Shown here piece after piece: positions 1 to 12,740 of a stretch of 64,000 nt of DNA. Each line of letters starts with the position of its first letter. Position 1 is the stretch's first letter. The stretch spans positions 505,104-569,103 of the forward strand of contig RHPI01002823.1 of NCBI GenBank assembly GCA_009103225.1, read 5' to 3'. This DNA is from Chlorokybus atmophyticus. Taxonomy: Eukaryota; Plantae; Mesostigma and Chlorokybus algae. Both the position numbers and the translations under genes were made by a program. Under the pieces are notes generated by a model, which saw only the letters and a list, made by a program, of their open reading frames with translations, searched no databases and had not been told where the DNA came from.

Positions 1-632
1 ACAAGCACATTTGCTTAGCTTGGAAGCACATGCCACATCACATGCAAAGCACACATTCACACAGCTGTGGTTAACACCCCATGCATGCGACAATTGCAGC
101 ATGGTATCTCGTGTATGCCATTATCGACACAACACTAGCTTTGTTAAGGTGGGTTAAACACATTTTGTAGGTAGATGCACATGATGCGGAGGTGAGAATC
201 TGACGGCAGCAGCAGTACTAGTGCCTCGTGGTGCTACAATCCATGGCAGGATCTGCAGATGCGAAAGCAATTACAGTAAGGGGTGGGTTGATTGCTTTTC
301 CTATGCCATGTTGCAAGTGGCCCAGGTGCCTTGCCAAGTTGATGCGGTCTGACTTGCATTTGATAAATCATTTTCTATCCTCCTTACAACTGCAAGCATA
401 AGGGCAAAGTCGAGGCACGTAGTACAAGCACACAGCATACCACAACGTGTAGTGCATTGGATTCAAGCCCTGTAGGCTAGTGGTGGTGGTGTTGTTTAAA
501 TAAAGTGTCATTATGTGGGTGTTTTGTTTTGTTTGTGCGCTTGGCATAGAGTGTTGCAATATGGATTCATATGCCCCAAGCAGGCAGGACATGACAACCG
601 ACATATACACATAAACCACTGCACGAGCTCCA

Positions 633-662
633 CTAGGCTAGGCTAGGCTAGGCTAGGCTAGG
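633..662. repeat. (CTAGG)6 pentamer microsatellite
   Basis: Six consecutive CTAGG units read directly from the sequence. Confidence 0.9.
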
Positions 663-887
663 GGGGCTGGTTTTCATTCAATGCACATTAATATGTGTAA
701 GGCAGGACATGTGAGCAGGGTAGGAATGACGCAAACTACCGGCAGGCAGTACTCAGTTTACCTGCATTGTGCCACGAGGATGTTCAACATTATTAATGTC
801 AACAACATTGATCAATCATATTCTTTGATCAGTTTAATAGGTATTGGTAGCAACAATGGTAGGCCTGTATAGTGTAAACTTCTGTAT

Positions 888-1147
888 TCATATTTGCCCG
901 AATACCCCCCCCNNNNNNNNNNNNNNNNNNNNNNNNNNNNNNNNNNNNNNNNNNNNNNNNNNNNNNNNNNNNNNNNNNNNNNNNNNNNNNNNNNNNNNNN
1001 NNNNNNNNNNNNNNNNNNNNNNNNNNNNNGGGGGGCTTTGTTTGACAGGCCCCTTTTAAGGACGCAATAGTGCCCTAATACACCCCCCTTCGTTGATTTT
1101 GCCGGGGGGGCTTTGTTTGTAGGGGGGGGGCATTCGGGCACATACGG
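888..1147. mobile_element. Tc1/mariner (Tc2/pogo-like) MITE, spans the 117-N gap
   Basis: Imperfect terminal inverted repeats: left TCATATTTGCCCGAATACCCCCC, right GGGGGGCATTCGGGCACATACGG followed by TA. The right end matches the copy at 18766-18861. CCGTATTT termini with TA TSD are typical of Tc2-like elements. Confidence 0.55.
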
Positions 1148-1207
1148 TAGTGGTCGTGCTGAAGTATGCATAAAGTCAACCCCCTTCTTTGCACCTACTT
1201 GCCTAGC

Positions 1208-1731
1208 TGTGACGGGAGCAATAATAATAGGGGTATTATTGCGACCTAAATAACACATTTTGTATGAATAAGTATTTAAATATGCTTATTTATACCTCTT
1301 TTCTGCGGTTCCTCGCTTATTAAAGGCTATGATGCTTTATCATAGCTTAAATAAGTCCCAATGGGTGTAGAACCGCTTATTCAAGCCTATTTAGTGTCAC
1401 ATTTGATATAATGTGATCACTATCTCGTTAGGTACCTTACGATAGGTATCTTTGGATAGGTACCTTATCGATAGGTACCTTATTTAAGCTGTGATTGGCT
1501 CACGCTAGATTTCCTAACTACCCTATCTGTAGGGTCGATGTCTAGTTGTGAGTTAATTATCGAGAGGTATATAGTTGATACTCTTGATATAAAAGGTCAC
1601 ATTAATCTGATGTGGGGACTTTCAGTTCTCTGCTCAGTGGCGGCCACGCCGTTGAAAGGCTTGTCATAGGCGGTGTGGGTGTTGGGGTAGAGGATTGAAG
1701 GGGCATCACCGGCGACGGTGGTGCTGTTACA
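1208..1731 (+). mobile_element. Solo LTR of the chromovirus family at 7360-14311
   Basis: TGTGAC...GTTACA, about 98% identical to the reverse complement of both LTRs at 7360-7880 and 13786-14311. Flanked by a perfect 5-bp TSD CTAGC (1203-1207, 1732-1736). Confidence 0.95.
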
Positions 1732-3977
1732 CTAGCACTATCAGAGCAACGCTTTTGGATGAGCGTGTACATCCATTGTTTAAACACGAATTGAAGCCAT
1801 TTGCTTGGCCACAACTTTTAAAAAGTTTGGCTCGCAATGCGGGTATAATGTAGCCATAAAATTGTATTGCAACCGTTAGCATGTTAGTCACCAAGTGTTT
1901 ATGCCGTATGCAAACGAATGTGCCAAGCGCACTCACCATAACACGACTACCTTAATCTTAGCAAACGCTGAGATGTGACTATTCAGATATGATTCGAAGC
2001 TCGAGCTCTGTTTCACGTGTACTATGTTGTTGAAATGTTGAGCTTGTTATGAATGAAGGAACACTTTTGGTTAATTATACGGTGGCTTACGGCATGTTGT
2101 TGATTGATTCAACAATTTTATATAAGCCTTACCAACCGAAAATTCATCTACAACGTTTTCAATTTACGTTGCGAAATTCGACATTGAGGCCTCAAGGCCG
2201 AATTCCCGATGTATAACGCTGTGATACAATGCTGCAGAGCTGGGTTGTAAAACTCGCATAGCGAGATACGTCATTAAAAAAACTTTAAAAAGCGTTGTTG
2301 TAATGAATAAAATTGATCACATGGGGCAACAATTAAAACATGAGAGTCTGATACACTCGTATGGTCCATTAATATACAAATATTTGTCAAAACTGCTAAG
2401 CGAAGCTTTAATTGTTGTGTTGATGGAATTCTGGTACATGGCTGGGCGAGAACAGGAGTGTTATACATTTATGCCTTAATAATGATAATGAATAAAGTGA
2501 GAAAATGCACGTACATCGGGGTTAGGCGGCGGCGGCTCTCTTGGCAAGGTTGGCGGCGGGCATTTCCTATCCCACCCCCTGACACACTTGGTCCTATCCT
2601 TACTTCCCCTTGATCCCCGCCCCTCACACCCCACCCACGCCGCTGATTGCAGCCTGGCGGCCCAAGAGAGGCGCAGACCGTTGATTTCACGAATCCACGA
2701 AAATCAACGGTCAGATCTTTATCTGCCGCAGTGAAGCAGTTTCTGGCGGGGGTTTGGCGGCAAGCGAGGCGGTGGCAGCAAGGTAGTGCTGGGGCGGTGG
2801 TTCGGAAATAGCTAGGGGTGACCCTAGTCCTCCTGGGCGTCCACCCCTTTCCTTAATCTAGCCAGCAGCACCGACATGCCAGGTTTGCGATGAGCTGGTG
2901 CTTTTTGGACTGCATTCAAGTTTGAGGAGAGCGGCAGTGCAGGGCAGGCAGGCCTTGGCTGTGTGTTGCTTCCCACCCCCTCCCCCCAAGGCTGCCCCAC
3001 AGCACACGGGTCAACCCGGGCAAACTTGAGGGAACCAGGAGCGGGGTTTAGTGCACTTAAAGTGTAGGGTAACTGATGAGGGATTGGGCTAGTTCAATCG
3101 CCCTCCTCCTTTTGCACTTGCCGCAGGTTGGGATCTACCTCACATTCGATCCTGCTGCCACCCTCTTCCCGTTCACCCTCCTCGAACTTTCTTTCAATAA
3201 TCGATTGTTATGGACGTCGACCATCCTTCTCCCCCGTCTTCTCCTCTTCCTCGCCGTGTTTTTTCCGGCATCGCTGAAGCTGTAGCTTACTGAAGATGTT
3301 TGAAATGCCAAAAAACAGCTTTTCAGTGTACGACAATTTGCGTATAGCAAAGGCCGTATATGAAAGTTAGGAGCTCAATATTGTGCAACCTTAACAAATC
3401 ATGTGCAACTTTCACGTTCTTTTTACTTTGCATGAGCGTTGCTATGTCATAATGAACCAAAAATTTCATTCCATTTGAGTGTCATTTGCAACCTCAACAA
3501 AAAATTTTAGGCAATACATGCGCAGAAGTGTACAACCACAAAGCTGTCACAACAGCTTCACAACTGTGCAATTGGAGTAGTGGCCGCCACGTCCTGCTGA
3601 GGGCTTGCGACAATAGGCACGCAGGTGCACTGGCTCCCCGCCATTGTAGCAAGTGCGAGAGTCAGTTGACCCCTAATGAAAGCGGCCTGCATAGGAGCGG
3701 CCTTGTAGCTGCTATGCCAGCACCTGATGCATAAGACCCAGAGTAGCGGGGGGGGGGGGGGGGGGGGGGGGNCTAGCAAGAATGTAGGCAGGCTTCGCCT
3801 TGAGTTTGGGCTGCACTGCAGACGCCTCTTTAATCGGCTTCTTTAGGCGCTCTGTTTCTGCATTATTCGCCGCTAGACGGTTTTTGGTGAGCTCCTTCAC
3901 CACCTTTCAACTATGCTTGGTGGCGATGTTCATGTGATAGATATGCGTGCACACCTCGTCCGACGCTGGTGCACAGA

Positions 3978-4511
3978 TGTAACGGGAAGGTACATTGAGT
4001 TACCATAAATCAATCATAAAAGCACCAAGTCTTTTATGGTCGAGTGGGCTGTGACATTGGTCGTCGGAGCTTGAGACCCGGGTTCGATTCCTGCCTTGCA
4101 CACGAATTCCGCGGTAGTTGTTTCTTGATCCAATAACATCGTAAATGGTCACTTTATGAATGCCATCATTGATGGGTCGCGACTTGCATAATGGCAGTCG
4201 CACCGAACTGACCAGTTCAGTCGGCGCGGCAGGGCGCGACCTGCCTGTCGCGGCGACGCGTCCTGTGGGGCCGGCAGCGGCGCGCTATGCGCGCGTTGAC
4301 CGGTATGGGCCTAAATTGGCCGGTCCTTGGGTGGTGGGGCCGGTAACCGACCCTAAATCAGATCCCTGGGAAGATTCCCCAGCTGATGAGCGCCAGCTGC
4401 CGAGGACGTCAGCGTTCTTGAGTGGGGGGGAATGTAACGGGAAGGTACATCAAGTTACCACAAATTGACCATAAAAGCACCAAGTCTTTTATGGTCGAGC
4501 GGGCTGTGACA
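3978..4511 (+). mobile_element. TRIM-like non-autonomous LTR retroelement A (79-bp LTRs)
   Basis: LTRs 3978-4056 and 4433-4511 (TGTAAC...GTGACA, 72/79 identical). TSD ACAGA (3973-3977, 4512-4516). PBS-like TGGTCGTCGGAGC 1 nt after the 5' LTR. PPT GAGTGGGGGGGAA at 4420-4432. No credible internal ORF. Confidence 0.92.
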
Positions 4512-4723
4512 ACAGAGAACATATGAGCAAGACTCGTTGCGAGCATTTATATTTAGGTTAAAGCCACAAGGTTAGCGCCAGGCGCACCCGCATTACCATC
4601 ACCACCCCACCTTTATATTTATATTATAATGCATATGCAAACCTGTTGCGTGCCTTTGACCTTGCTATAAGTACTCATAATGTGATTACAAAGGTGGACA
4701 TGCAAGGGTGTTGATACGGGCCC

Positions 4724-4818
<95 letters not shown>

Positions 4819-6915
4819 NGTGTATCTATATGATGCCGCTATGTAGATGGGCCAGCCTTTGTAAGCCGTGCTACCAAGCAGATGTAGCTCCATGCTCGTT
4901 TTCGGTAGCGGTTGCTTTGACTACTTCATCTCACGGCATTCTCAACACAACGAGACTTTCCAGGCGCAATCTTGCGCGGGCATGATTTTCCTCCTCCATT
5001 ATGCGGGTGGGTTTGCACACCAAACGGCGGGGGATATAGCAAGGTCACCGTGAATGGCCATCTCTCCAATAGTTTCGCCTTAAGCGCAGACTGTGTCTTT
5101 GCTCTAAATGTTGAAGCCTTCATTTTTCAATGGCCTCCAACACGGCATACGGCGTGTCGCACGATCCGGGGGGACCATCTGGACGAAGCAGTTGTTTACA
5201 GATGGCGTTTGATTTTTGTGTTTGCAGACAACAGCTGCCACCTTGTTAGAAAACGTTTGCCATCTCGAGGGGCAAGCTGTTGTCAATACTTTGCCAATTA
5301 CGCCAAGTTATTTGCATGATTCATTACATTACAACGTGGATGGTGCATTTACAATGTTGTCAAATGTTTGCCAACACGAAGCCTTTGCTGCTTGTAATTT
5401 GCATGTTTTTAGTGCTTACGTAAAACATGTGGTTGTCGTCATTGTTGGTAAACGTTGGCCAACACGCACAACTTAATGTTATCAATTGCGGATGCGCGCG
5501 TTGATAGTATGTTACGGCTTATGGAAGTGTTGTGCTACTTACAAGCGCATATATCCGTAACCTCGCACCTCAAGTATATATACCCCATGTATATATCTCA
5601 AGTACACGGTGGTTCCAGGGTTTTTCTTTCTATTATTGAAGCGTTGCACCACTCGACGACGTGTAGGAAAATTTTGCACCCTGCTAGCTCGGCGTTCAAT
5701 GAGCCACCACTTAAGGAAAAGGCTACCACTGTAGTACTGCGGGTTTTGTATGCACGACCTGTGGGTTACAGAGCGGCGTGCTATCAACTAGGCCACAGAG
5801 CTGACTTAATAACATTCAGCTCCTGTACAAAATATATTCTCAACCATCGCGCACAAGCTGCCGCCTGCCTGTCGGGCAATCGACACTTATGAGGCCGTCC
5901 TCTGCCAGCCCCTATTTTTCACCACATGGGTGCGCGGCTCAATGGGCAGGGTTCTTGGCTCCTTCCCCCTCACGCCTGCGACTGCTGCCGTGGGCTTCTT
6001 TAGGCTTCCTTCGCGTGGTGGACCTTTGCGACTGCGACTCTGTCTGCCCCTACACGGCTTCCCGAATGAGCCACTAACTGGACGAGCCAGCGGCGACTTC
6101 TGTCCTATGAGATTGCTGACCCTACATGACGTAACGGATTGGTCCATAAAGGGACTTTTTAAGACGGCCGTTACTATCAAGCAACATAAACCAAAGGCAA
6201 GCGGTCGACCAATAAGTACAATCGACGGCGGCCTGCCTGTGACGGCAACACCGCAATTTAAGGTAACGGCCCATTGTCGGTTATCCCATTTGCGCGATGG
6301 CGACCTTTCTGTATAGCAAATTAGTCACGATTTGGTCACATACAATGACGGCCGACCGTCGGTCGTACCCTGACCGTTGAAAAGTATGCGCGACGGCCTG
6401 CCTATTTTGGCAAGCCAGTCACCGTTAGTCCCTATCAGGTGACCTTATCGCGTTTATTAAGTGACGGCCGATCGCCGGTCGTGCACTTAACGCGGCGGCG
6501 ACCTACTTATTGTGAGTCAAGTATGATAAGCAAGTGACCGCCGGTCCCAAAAGGTCGGCAAGTCGGGACGGTGGTACCGGCCGGCAAGTCGAGACGCTGG
6601 TACAATGCAACCGCCGTACCATACCAATGGTACGATAGTGCCATTGCGACAATGGTACTTTTGTACCATTATAATAATACGATAATGCCGTTGCGAGTCA
6701 CGTTTCGACAACGCGTTTGAATAACTTGGGCTGCTCAAGTATTTCAAACGCTCAACGGCTTCAAGTTGAACAGAGCGTTGTGGGCGGCGGCGGCGGGGGC
6801 GGTGATGGCGGCGGCGGCGGCAACGGCTAACAGTAGGTGAGCTTGGTTGCTGTCTGGCGTTGTACAACGCGCAACACCGCATGCCATCTAACCACCCTCC
6901 TTGCCTTAGGGCGGC

Positions 6916-6968
6916 AAGGCCAGGCCAGGCTAGGCCAGACCAGGCCAGGCTAGGCCAGACCAGGCCAG
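6916..6968. repeat. Degenerate CCAGG/CTAGG/CCAGA pentamer array (20-bp unit duplicated)
   Basis: CCAGGCCAGGCTAGGCCAGA occurs twice in tandem, followed by CCAGGCCAGG. Confidence 0.8.
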
Positions 6969-8027
6969 GCGGCGGCAGCGGCGGCGGAGAAGGAACGGCG
7001 GCGGCGGAGCTGGAGCGGGCGGTGCAGGAGCCGCGGCTCAGTACAAGGGTAGTACTAGCAGCAGTACCTAAGGTAGTAGTAGCAGTAGTGGTAGTGGTAG
7101 CAGTAGTGGTAGTCTAGTTGTACTAGCAATAGTAGTAGCTCAGTTTATTACATTGTAACTTATTTATTTCTTTGTTTTTAATCATTTGTCACGCATTCTT
7201 GCACAGCTGATGACGACAATCACGTGTGACACCTAATCATGATTGAGCGATACCAGCAGGTACCTTTGAAGGTACACATCATTAACTTTAGGTACTTTAA
7301 GATACCTGACAATTTTGCTCAGTTAGCGTACGGTCGCCGGTACCTAACTGATAGGTACCTGTAACAGCACCACCGTCGCCGGTGATGCCCCTTCAATCCT
7401 CTACCCCAACACCCACACCGCCTATGACAAGCCTTTCAACGGCGTGGCCGCCACTGAGCAGAGAACTGAAAGTCCCCACATCAGATTGATGTGACCTTTT
7501 ATATCAAGAGTATATCAACTATATACCTCTCGATAATTAACTCACAATTAGACATCGACCCTACAGATAGGGTAGTTAGGAAATCTAGCGTGAGCCAATC
7601 ACAGCTCAGATAAGGTACCTATCGATAAGGTACCTATCCAAAGATACCTATCGTAAGGTACCTAACAAGATAGTGATCACATTATATCAAATGTGACATT
7701 AAATTGGCTTGAATAAGCGGTTCTACACCCATTGGGACTTATTTAAGCTATGATAAAGCATCATAGCCTTTAATAAGCGAGGAACCGTAGAGGTATAAAT
7801 AAGCATATTTATATACTTATTCATACAAAATGTGTTATTTAGGTAGCAATAATACCCCTATTATTATTGCTCCCGTTACATTGCCCCCCACTTAGGTTTT
7901 CAACGTCCTCGTTGAACTCAAGTTGATCAGGCTTGATTTTGAGTAATTGTAACTAGTGAGATAGCAGGAAATGACAGGGTGGTAATGAAACTGCACTGCC
8001 AGTCTGTCATAAAACCAAGCCCACAGT

Positions 8028-11000
8028 TTATGGGACAGGACATGAATCCCAATAAGCTCGAAGCAACTCGCGGCAGTGCGTAAGATGCCTGTCGGGCTCC
8101 CAACTGTTATGTTCCGGGCCATACCCTTTCCATTTCACCAAATAGCGAGTTGCGCGTCCTCGACTATTTAGCTTATGGTTCAATATAGCTTCCACCTCGT
8201 ATTCGAGCTCGCTGTCCACCTCAACTGGCGGTGGTGGAGGCTGTGTTCTACCGTCTGAGCGGTAAGGTTTCAACAAGTTCACATGGAACACGTTGTGTAT
8301 ACGCACACTTGGGGGCAATTGCAGTCGATAAGCGTGCGTACCAACTCTATCAGTGATAGAGAAAGGACCTAACCATCGGGGCAGCAACTTGCGAGCACCC
8401 GTACCTTTGATGGTTATGTTTTTTGCATTAAGCAAAACTTTATCGCCGACATCGAAAGTGGCCATTTTTCGATGTGTATCAGCATAAGCTTTCTGCCTGT
8501 CCTGTGCTTCTGACAGACACAGCTTGGCTCGAGCCAAATTTTCTTGCATATTAATGGCAAATTCCTTTGCCGCTGGTACAGTCAGGGCATTGCGAGGTAC
8601 ACGCAATGACGCTGGTGTGTTCGGGCGAATCCCATAATTCAAGAAAAATGGGGTTTCCTTTACACTTTCCTGCCACGCGTTGTTCACAGCGAACTCTGCC
8701 ATTGGCAAGTACCTGTCCCAATTAGCATGATTAGGAGCCACATAGTGGCGAAGCATTTCTTCCAGTATTTGATTAGCTCGCTCAGTTTGACCGTCCGTTT
8801 GCGGGTGGAAAGCAGTCGACATGCTTTGTTTTACCCCCAACAAATCACAGACTTCTCGCCAAAACTTGGAGACAAACCGAGGATCACGATCTGTGACAAG
8901 TTCACGCGGTACACCGTGAACGCGAAAGACCGTGGACACAAATAAGTGTGCCAAGTCCCGTGCACTTACAGTTGTGCAACACGGGGCAAAATGCACCATT
9001 TTAGTCGAACGGTCGACAAAAACCACAATAGCAATGTATTTAGCTGCTGTTTCAGGTAGGTCAGTAATCAAATCCATACTGACACTATCCCACTTTTGTT
9101 CTGGAATTGCCAATGGTTTAAGCAATCCCGCTTGATTTTGTCGTAGTGGCTTATTACGTTGACACACGTCACATGTGCGAACATATTGATCCACGTCAGC
9201 TGACATTGACGGCCACTGGTATAACTGTTGCGCAGATTTGAGTGTTTTGTGTTTCCCCAAATGCCCAGCATACGGCGGGTCATGCACTGAATGTAAGCAT
9301 TGCTTACGCAAGTCGCCCGAGTTGGGAATTGCCAACTGCTCCCCTTTATACCACAGATTGCTAACAGCAGTAAGCTGTTGCAAGTTGGTTTGACTGCTAA
9401 ACCAATCATCTGAGTTATAACCTGTGGACACTTCTTTCAAGAAAGGATCTTCAGGCTGTTGTACATTACGCGTACTTCGAGAGCGCGTAAGTGCCAAAAG
9501 AGCAGGGCTGCGACATAGTGGATCCGCCACATTGGTGCGACCAGGACGGTATTGCCAAGTGAAAGTGAAACGAGAAATGAATTCATTCCACCTAGCTTGC
9601 CGCCTCGACAGATTTTGTTGCGTATGAAAGAATGTGAGCGGGTTGTGATCAGTAATCACTGAAAACTCCACCCCTTCCAAGTAGCAACGCCATGTGCGCA
9701 GCGCGTGCACCACCCCGAGCAATTCCTGCTCAGTCTTTGTGTAATTACGTTCAGCAGGAATGAACTTTCAGCTTTCATATGCACATGGTCTGTCATCTTG
9801 TAGAAGGACTGCCCCACACCCAATGGTGGAAGCATCGCTGATCACCACAAAAGGCTTGGTGTGGTCGGGGAAGGCTAACACAGGGGCTTGTGTTAATGCA
9901 TCTTTAATGCGAGTAAAAGCAACCTCGTGTGCCTCCGTCCACACAAATTTAACATCTTTTCTTAGTAAAGATGTTAAAGAATTTGCCATGCCAGAATATG
10001 CTCGCATGAACTTGCGGAAATAATTGGCTAGCCCCAAGAAAGCACGTAACTGATGTACATCCTTTGGTGGCGGCCAATCCTTTACCGCACACACCTTTTG
10101 AGGATCTGGTTTCAATCCTTCTTTGCCAATCACATGCCCTAAAAAGGGTAGTTCATCCTTTGCAAAGTTGCATTTGGACAGGTAGGCATAGAATTTGTGT
10201 TCGCGTAACTTAGCTAGAACCAATTCCACATGTTTGTGGTGGTCCTCCCAAGTTTTGCTAAACACAACAATGTCATCTAGATATACCAGTACAAACTTGT
10301 ACAATTCATCAGCAAATACCGCGTTCATTGCTGTTTAAAATGTAGCTGGTGCATTTGTTAACCCGAATGGTAACACTTTATACTCAAAGTGTCCTAGTGG
10401 GGTGCGAAATGCAGTTTTTTGTATATCCGACGGGTGGATTTTGATTTGATGATAACCACTGGTCAAATCCAGCGTGCTGAACACTGTTGCACCTGACAGC
10501 TTATCAAACAAATCATCAATCCGAGGCAAAGGGTATCTGTTTTTCACAGTGACCTTGTTCAACGCACGGTAATCAATACACATGCGTAGCTTGCCATTCT
10601 TTTTGGGCACAAACAAAATTGGTGCACCAAAAGGAGATATGCTCTTTGTTATTAAACCTTTGTCCAATAACTCTTTGAGCTATTTTTCCATCTCCGCGTG
10701 TTCTAAGGGACTTAGCTTGTATATAGGCCGCCAAGGTGGCTTTGCCCCCTCCTCTAGCGGAATGGTATGATGTATGTTTCGATCGGGAGGCAACTCTGGG
10801 AGTTCATCCTGAAATACATCTGCGTATTGTTCTGTAAGTGACTGCACCACAGGGTCACTGATAGCCTGTTCAGCAGGTGTTTCCACATGTCGTAATTGCA
10901 GTAAGTATACTTCCTCACGTTTACGCATGCAACGTTTCAATTGCATAGCAGAGAGGAGCGGAACATTATCGCGAGGTATACATGCGAGTACAGATGCTGT

Positions 11001-12740
11001 CAAAGTCATCCTACGTTTCCCTTTACGAAGGGTGCACATATTGGCTCGAGAGTCTAATTGTAAACCTGCTTCAGTGTGCCATTGCTCCCCTAAAACAACA
11101 TCCACCCCGGGGATACTAATATCCACCACGATGAAGGCTGGTCGGGTTTTATGGCCATTAATAACAAAACGCCCTTTTACCTCTCCCATTGCATTGAGAG
11201 TGGAACCAGCAGCACGTACATATGACGTGACTGGTGTGAAAGGAATGTTATTACGTTTCACCCAAGCATTTTCAACAAAGTTATGGTTTGCACCAGTATC
11301 AATTAATGCTGTACATGGTGTACCCATAAGTTGACTCTCAAATCTCCATTCGAGTGGCACTGAGTGACCATCAAATGTAGCTAATGTCGGAGTGCCGTGA
11401 TTGGTAGCAGACTTGATAAAGATCACTTGCAACGGTGAAGCTCCTGTATCTTTGCGTGTGAGTTGCATGATTACTTCTCCCCCTTTCAACAATCGCGACC
11501 ACGGGCCATGATATCGAGGGATAACTACACATGCAGTGACAGCATGTTGTAATTGCAACTCGTGTAAGTGCTTAACAGCAGTTACTAATTCAGAGAATGG
11601 AACATTGATTAAAACACAACCGTTTGCATTTCTCAACACAGGTGGTGTGCTCATATCAGTCCATACATCTGATACATCACAAAGAGAGGAAACTTTATCA
11701 AGAAGTACAGAGTTTTTAAAGTCGTTCTGCTCGACTAAGCTACCAACCACGGACAATTCCTATTTCTTGTCTCTCTGCTGCTTGGCCTTCTGTGCATTCT
11801 GTTTTACATAGCACTTAGCCTCCCCATGACCTGTCTTCTTGCAGAAACTGCAAGTGATGATGGATTTGGCCGCATTGTAGGGGCCAGCAGGATGAAATGG
11901 TTTCGCCTTTTTCACAAAAGGTTTGTTGTCAGTGGCCGGGCGCTTTGCAGCTGAAACCGGGGCTGCCTCCTTTGCCGTGGTTTGCATGTTGGCGTGAGAG
12001 CGCTTTACACTGTCCACAGCAGCAACCATTTGCATCAGCATTGGTAAATCCGTCGAGGCCCACTCTTGCAAACTCGCGGGGTTGACGGCCACATGCTGCA
12101 CGAGATCAGTGTCCAAGCCACGTCTGAACATATCCAGCTGATCAGCATCACTGATAGGTAGTTTGCCAGCATTAATCTTGCTGACAAACGACTGAAAATC
12201 CTGGATATACTGCTGAACCGGACGTGCGTTCTGACGCACGTTGTGCAGCTGGTTGCGAGCAACCTGGGCGAGATCTGCGCCACCATAGCGCTGCTCCATG
12301 AAAAAGCACAATTGATTTACTTCCCGCCCGAGGTTTGTATCACGTTGCTTACGACGGTACCACTCTGCCAGAGCATCGTTTGGGATCAGCAACTCAGCCA
12401 CACGCAATTTCCCCTCCTCAAAAATGTGAAGGGAGTTGACATAGTGTCGCAACTTCACAAGCCAGTCGAAGATGGCCGCTTGCTTGTTGGGAACAAACTC
12501 GGCAGGACGAGCAAGTGCTTGAACAGGTGGACCATTGTCAGCACGTTGAAGACGCTCGATCATATTCAGAACACGTTTGCCTTCACCCATCTGCCCCTCC
12601 CAATCTCGCCCCATAAAGGTGGTGAGCTTTGAAACTTTTTCTGCCAATAGGAAGAGAAAGTTCACGAATGAGACAATTGCCTCACGAGGGTCCTGATCAT
12701 AGGTGCTAAGGAAATGCTCCATCAAGTCCTGATGTGTCAT
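8028..12740 (-). pseudogene. gag-pol polyprotein in one frame, broken by 4 in-frame stops
   Basis: Zinc knuckle CSFCKKTGHGEAKC, protease LIDTGA, RT YLDD, RNase H SDAS, integrase HHCC and DDE, GPF motif, chromodomain YEVEAILNHK...YLVKWKGY...NSWEP. ORFs 11760-12740, 10680-11756, 10335-10667, 9768-10328 and 8028-9722 are all in the same frame, separated by TAG (11760), TAG (10680), TAA (10335) and TGA (9768). Confidence 0.95.

Noticed and set aside
4030-4102. A complete tRNA gene inside TRIM-A
   Set aside because: A-box, partial D stem and T arm are present, but the acceptor and anticodon stems do not pair.
3748-4819. Poly-G (3748-3771) and 94-nt poly-C (4725-4818) as biological elements
   Set aside because: Each ends at a single N, indicating contig joins or sequencing artefacts; lengths are unreliable.
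4868-6316. ORFs of 60-145 aa between TRIM-A and the chromovirus
   Set aside because: No recognisable motif, splice pattern or codon bias; likely degenerate repeat DNA.
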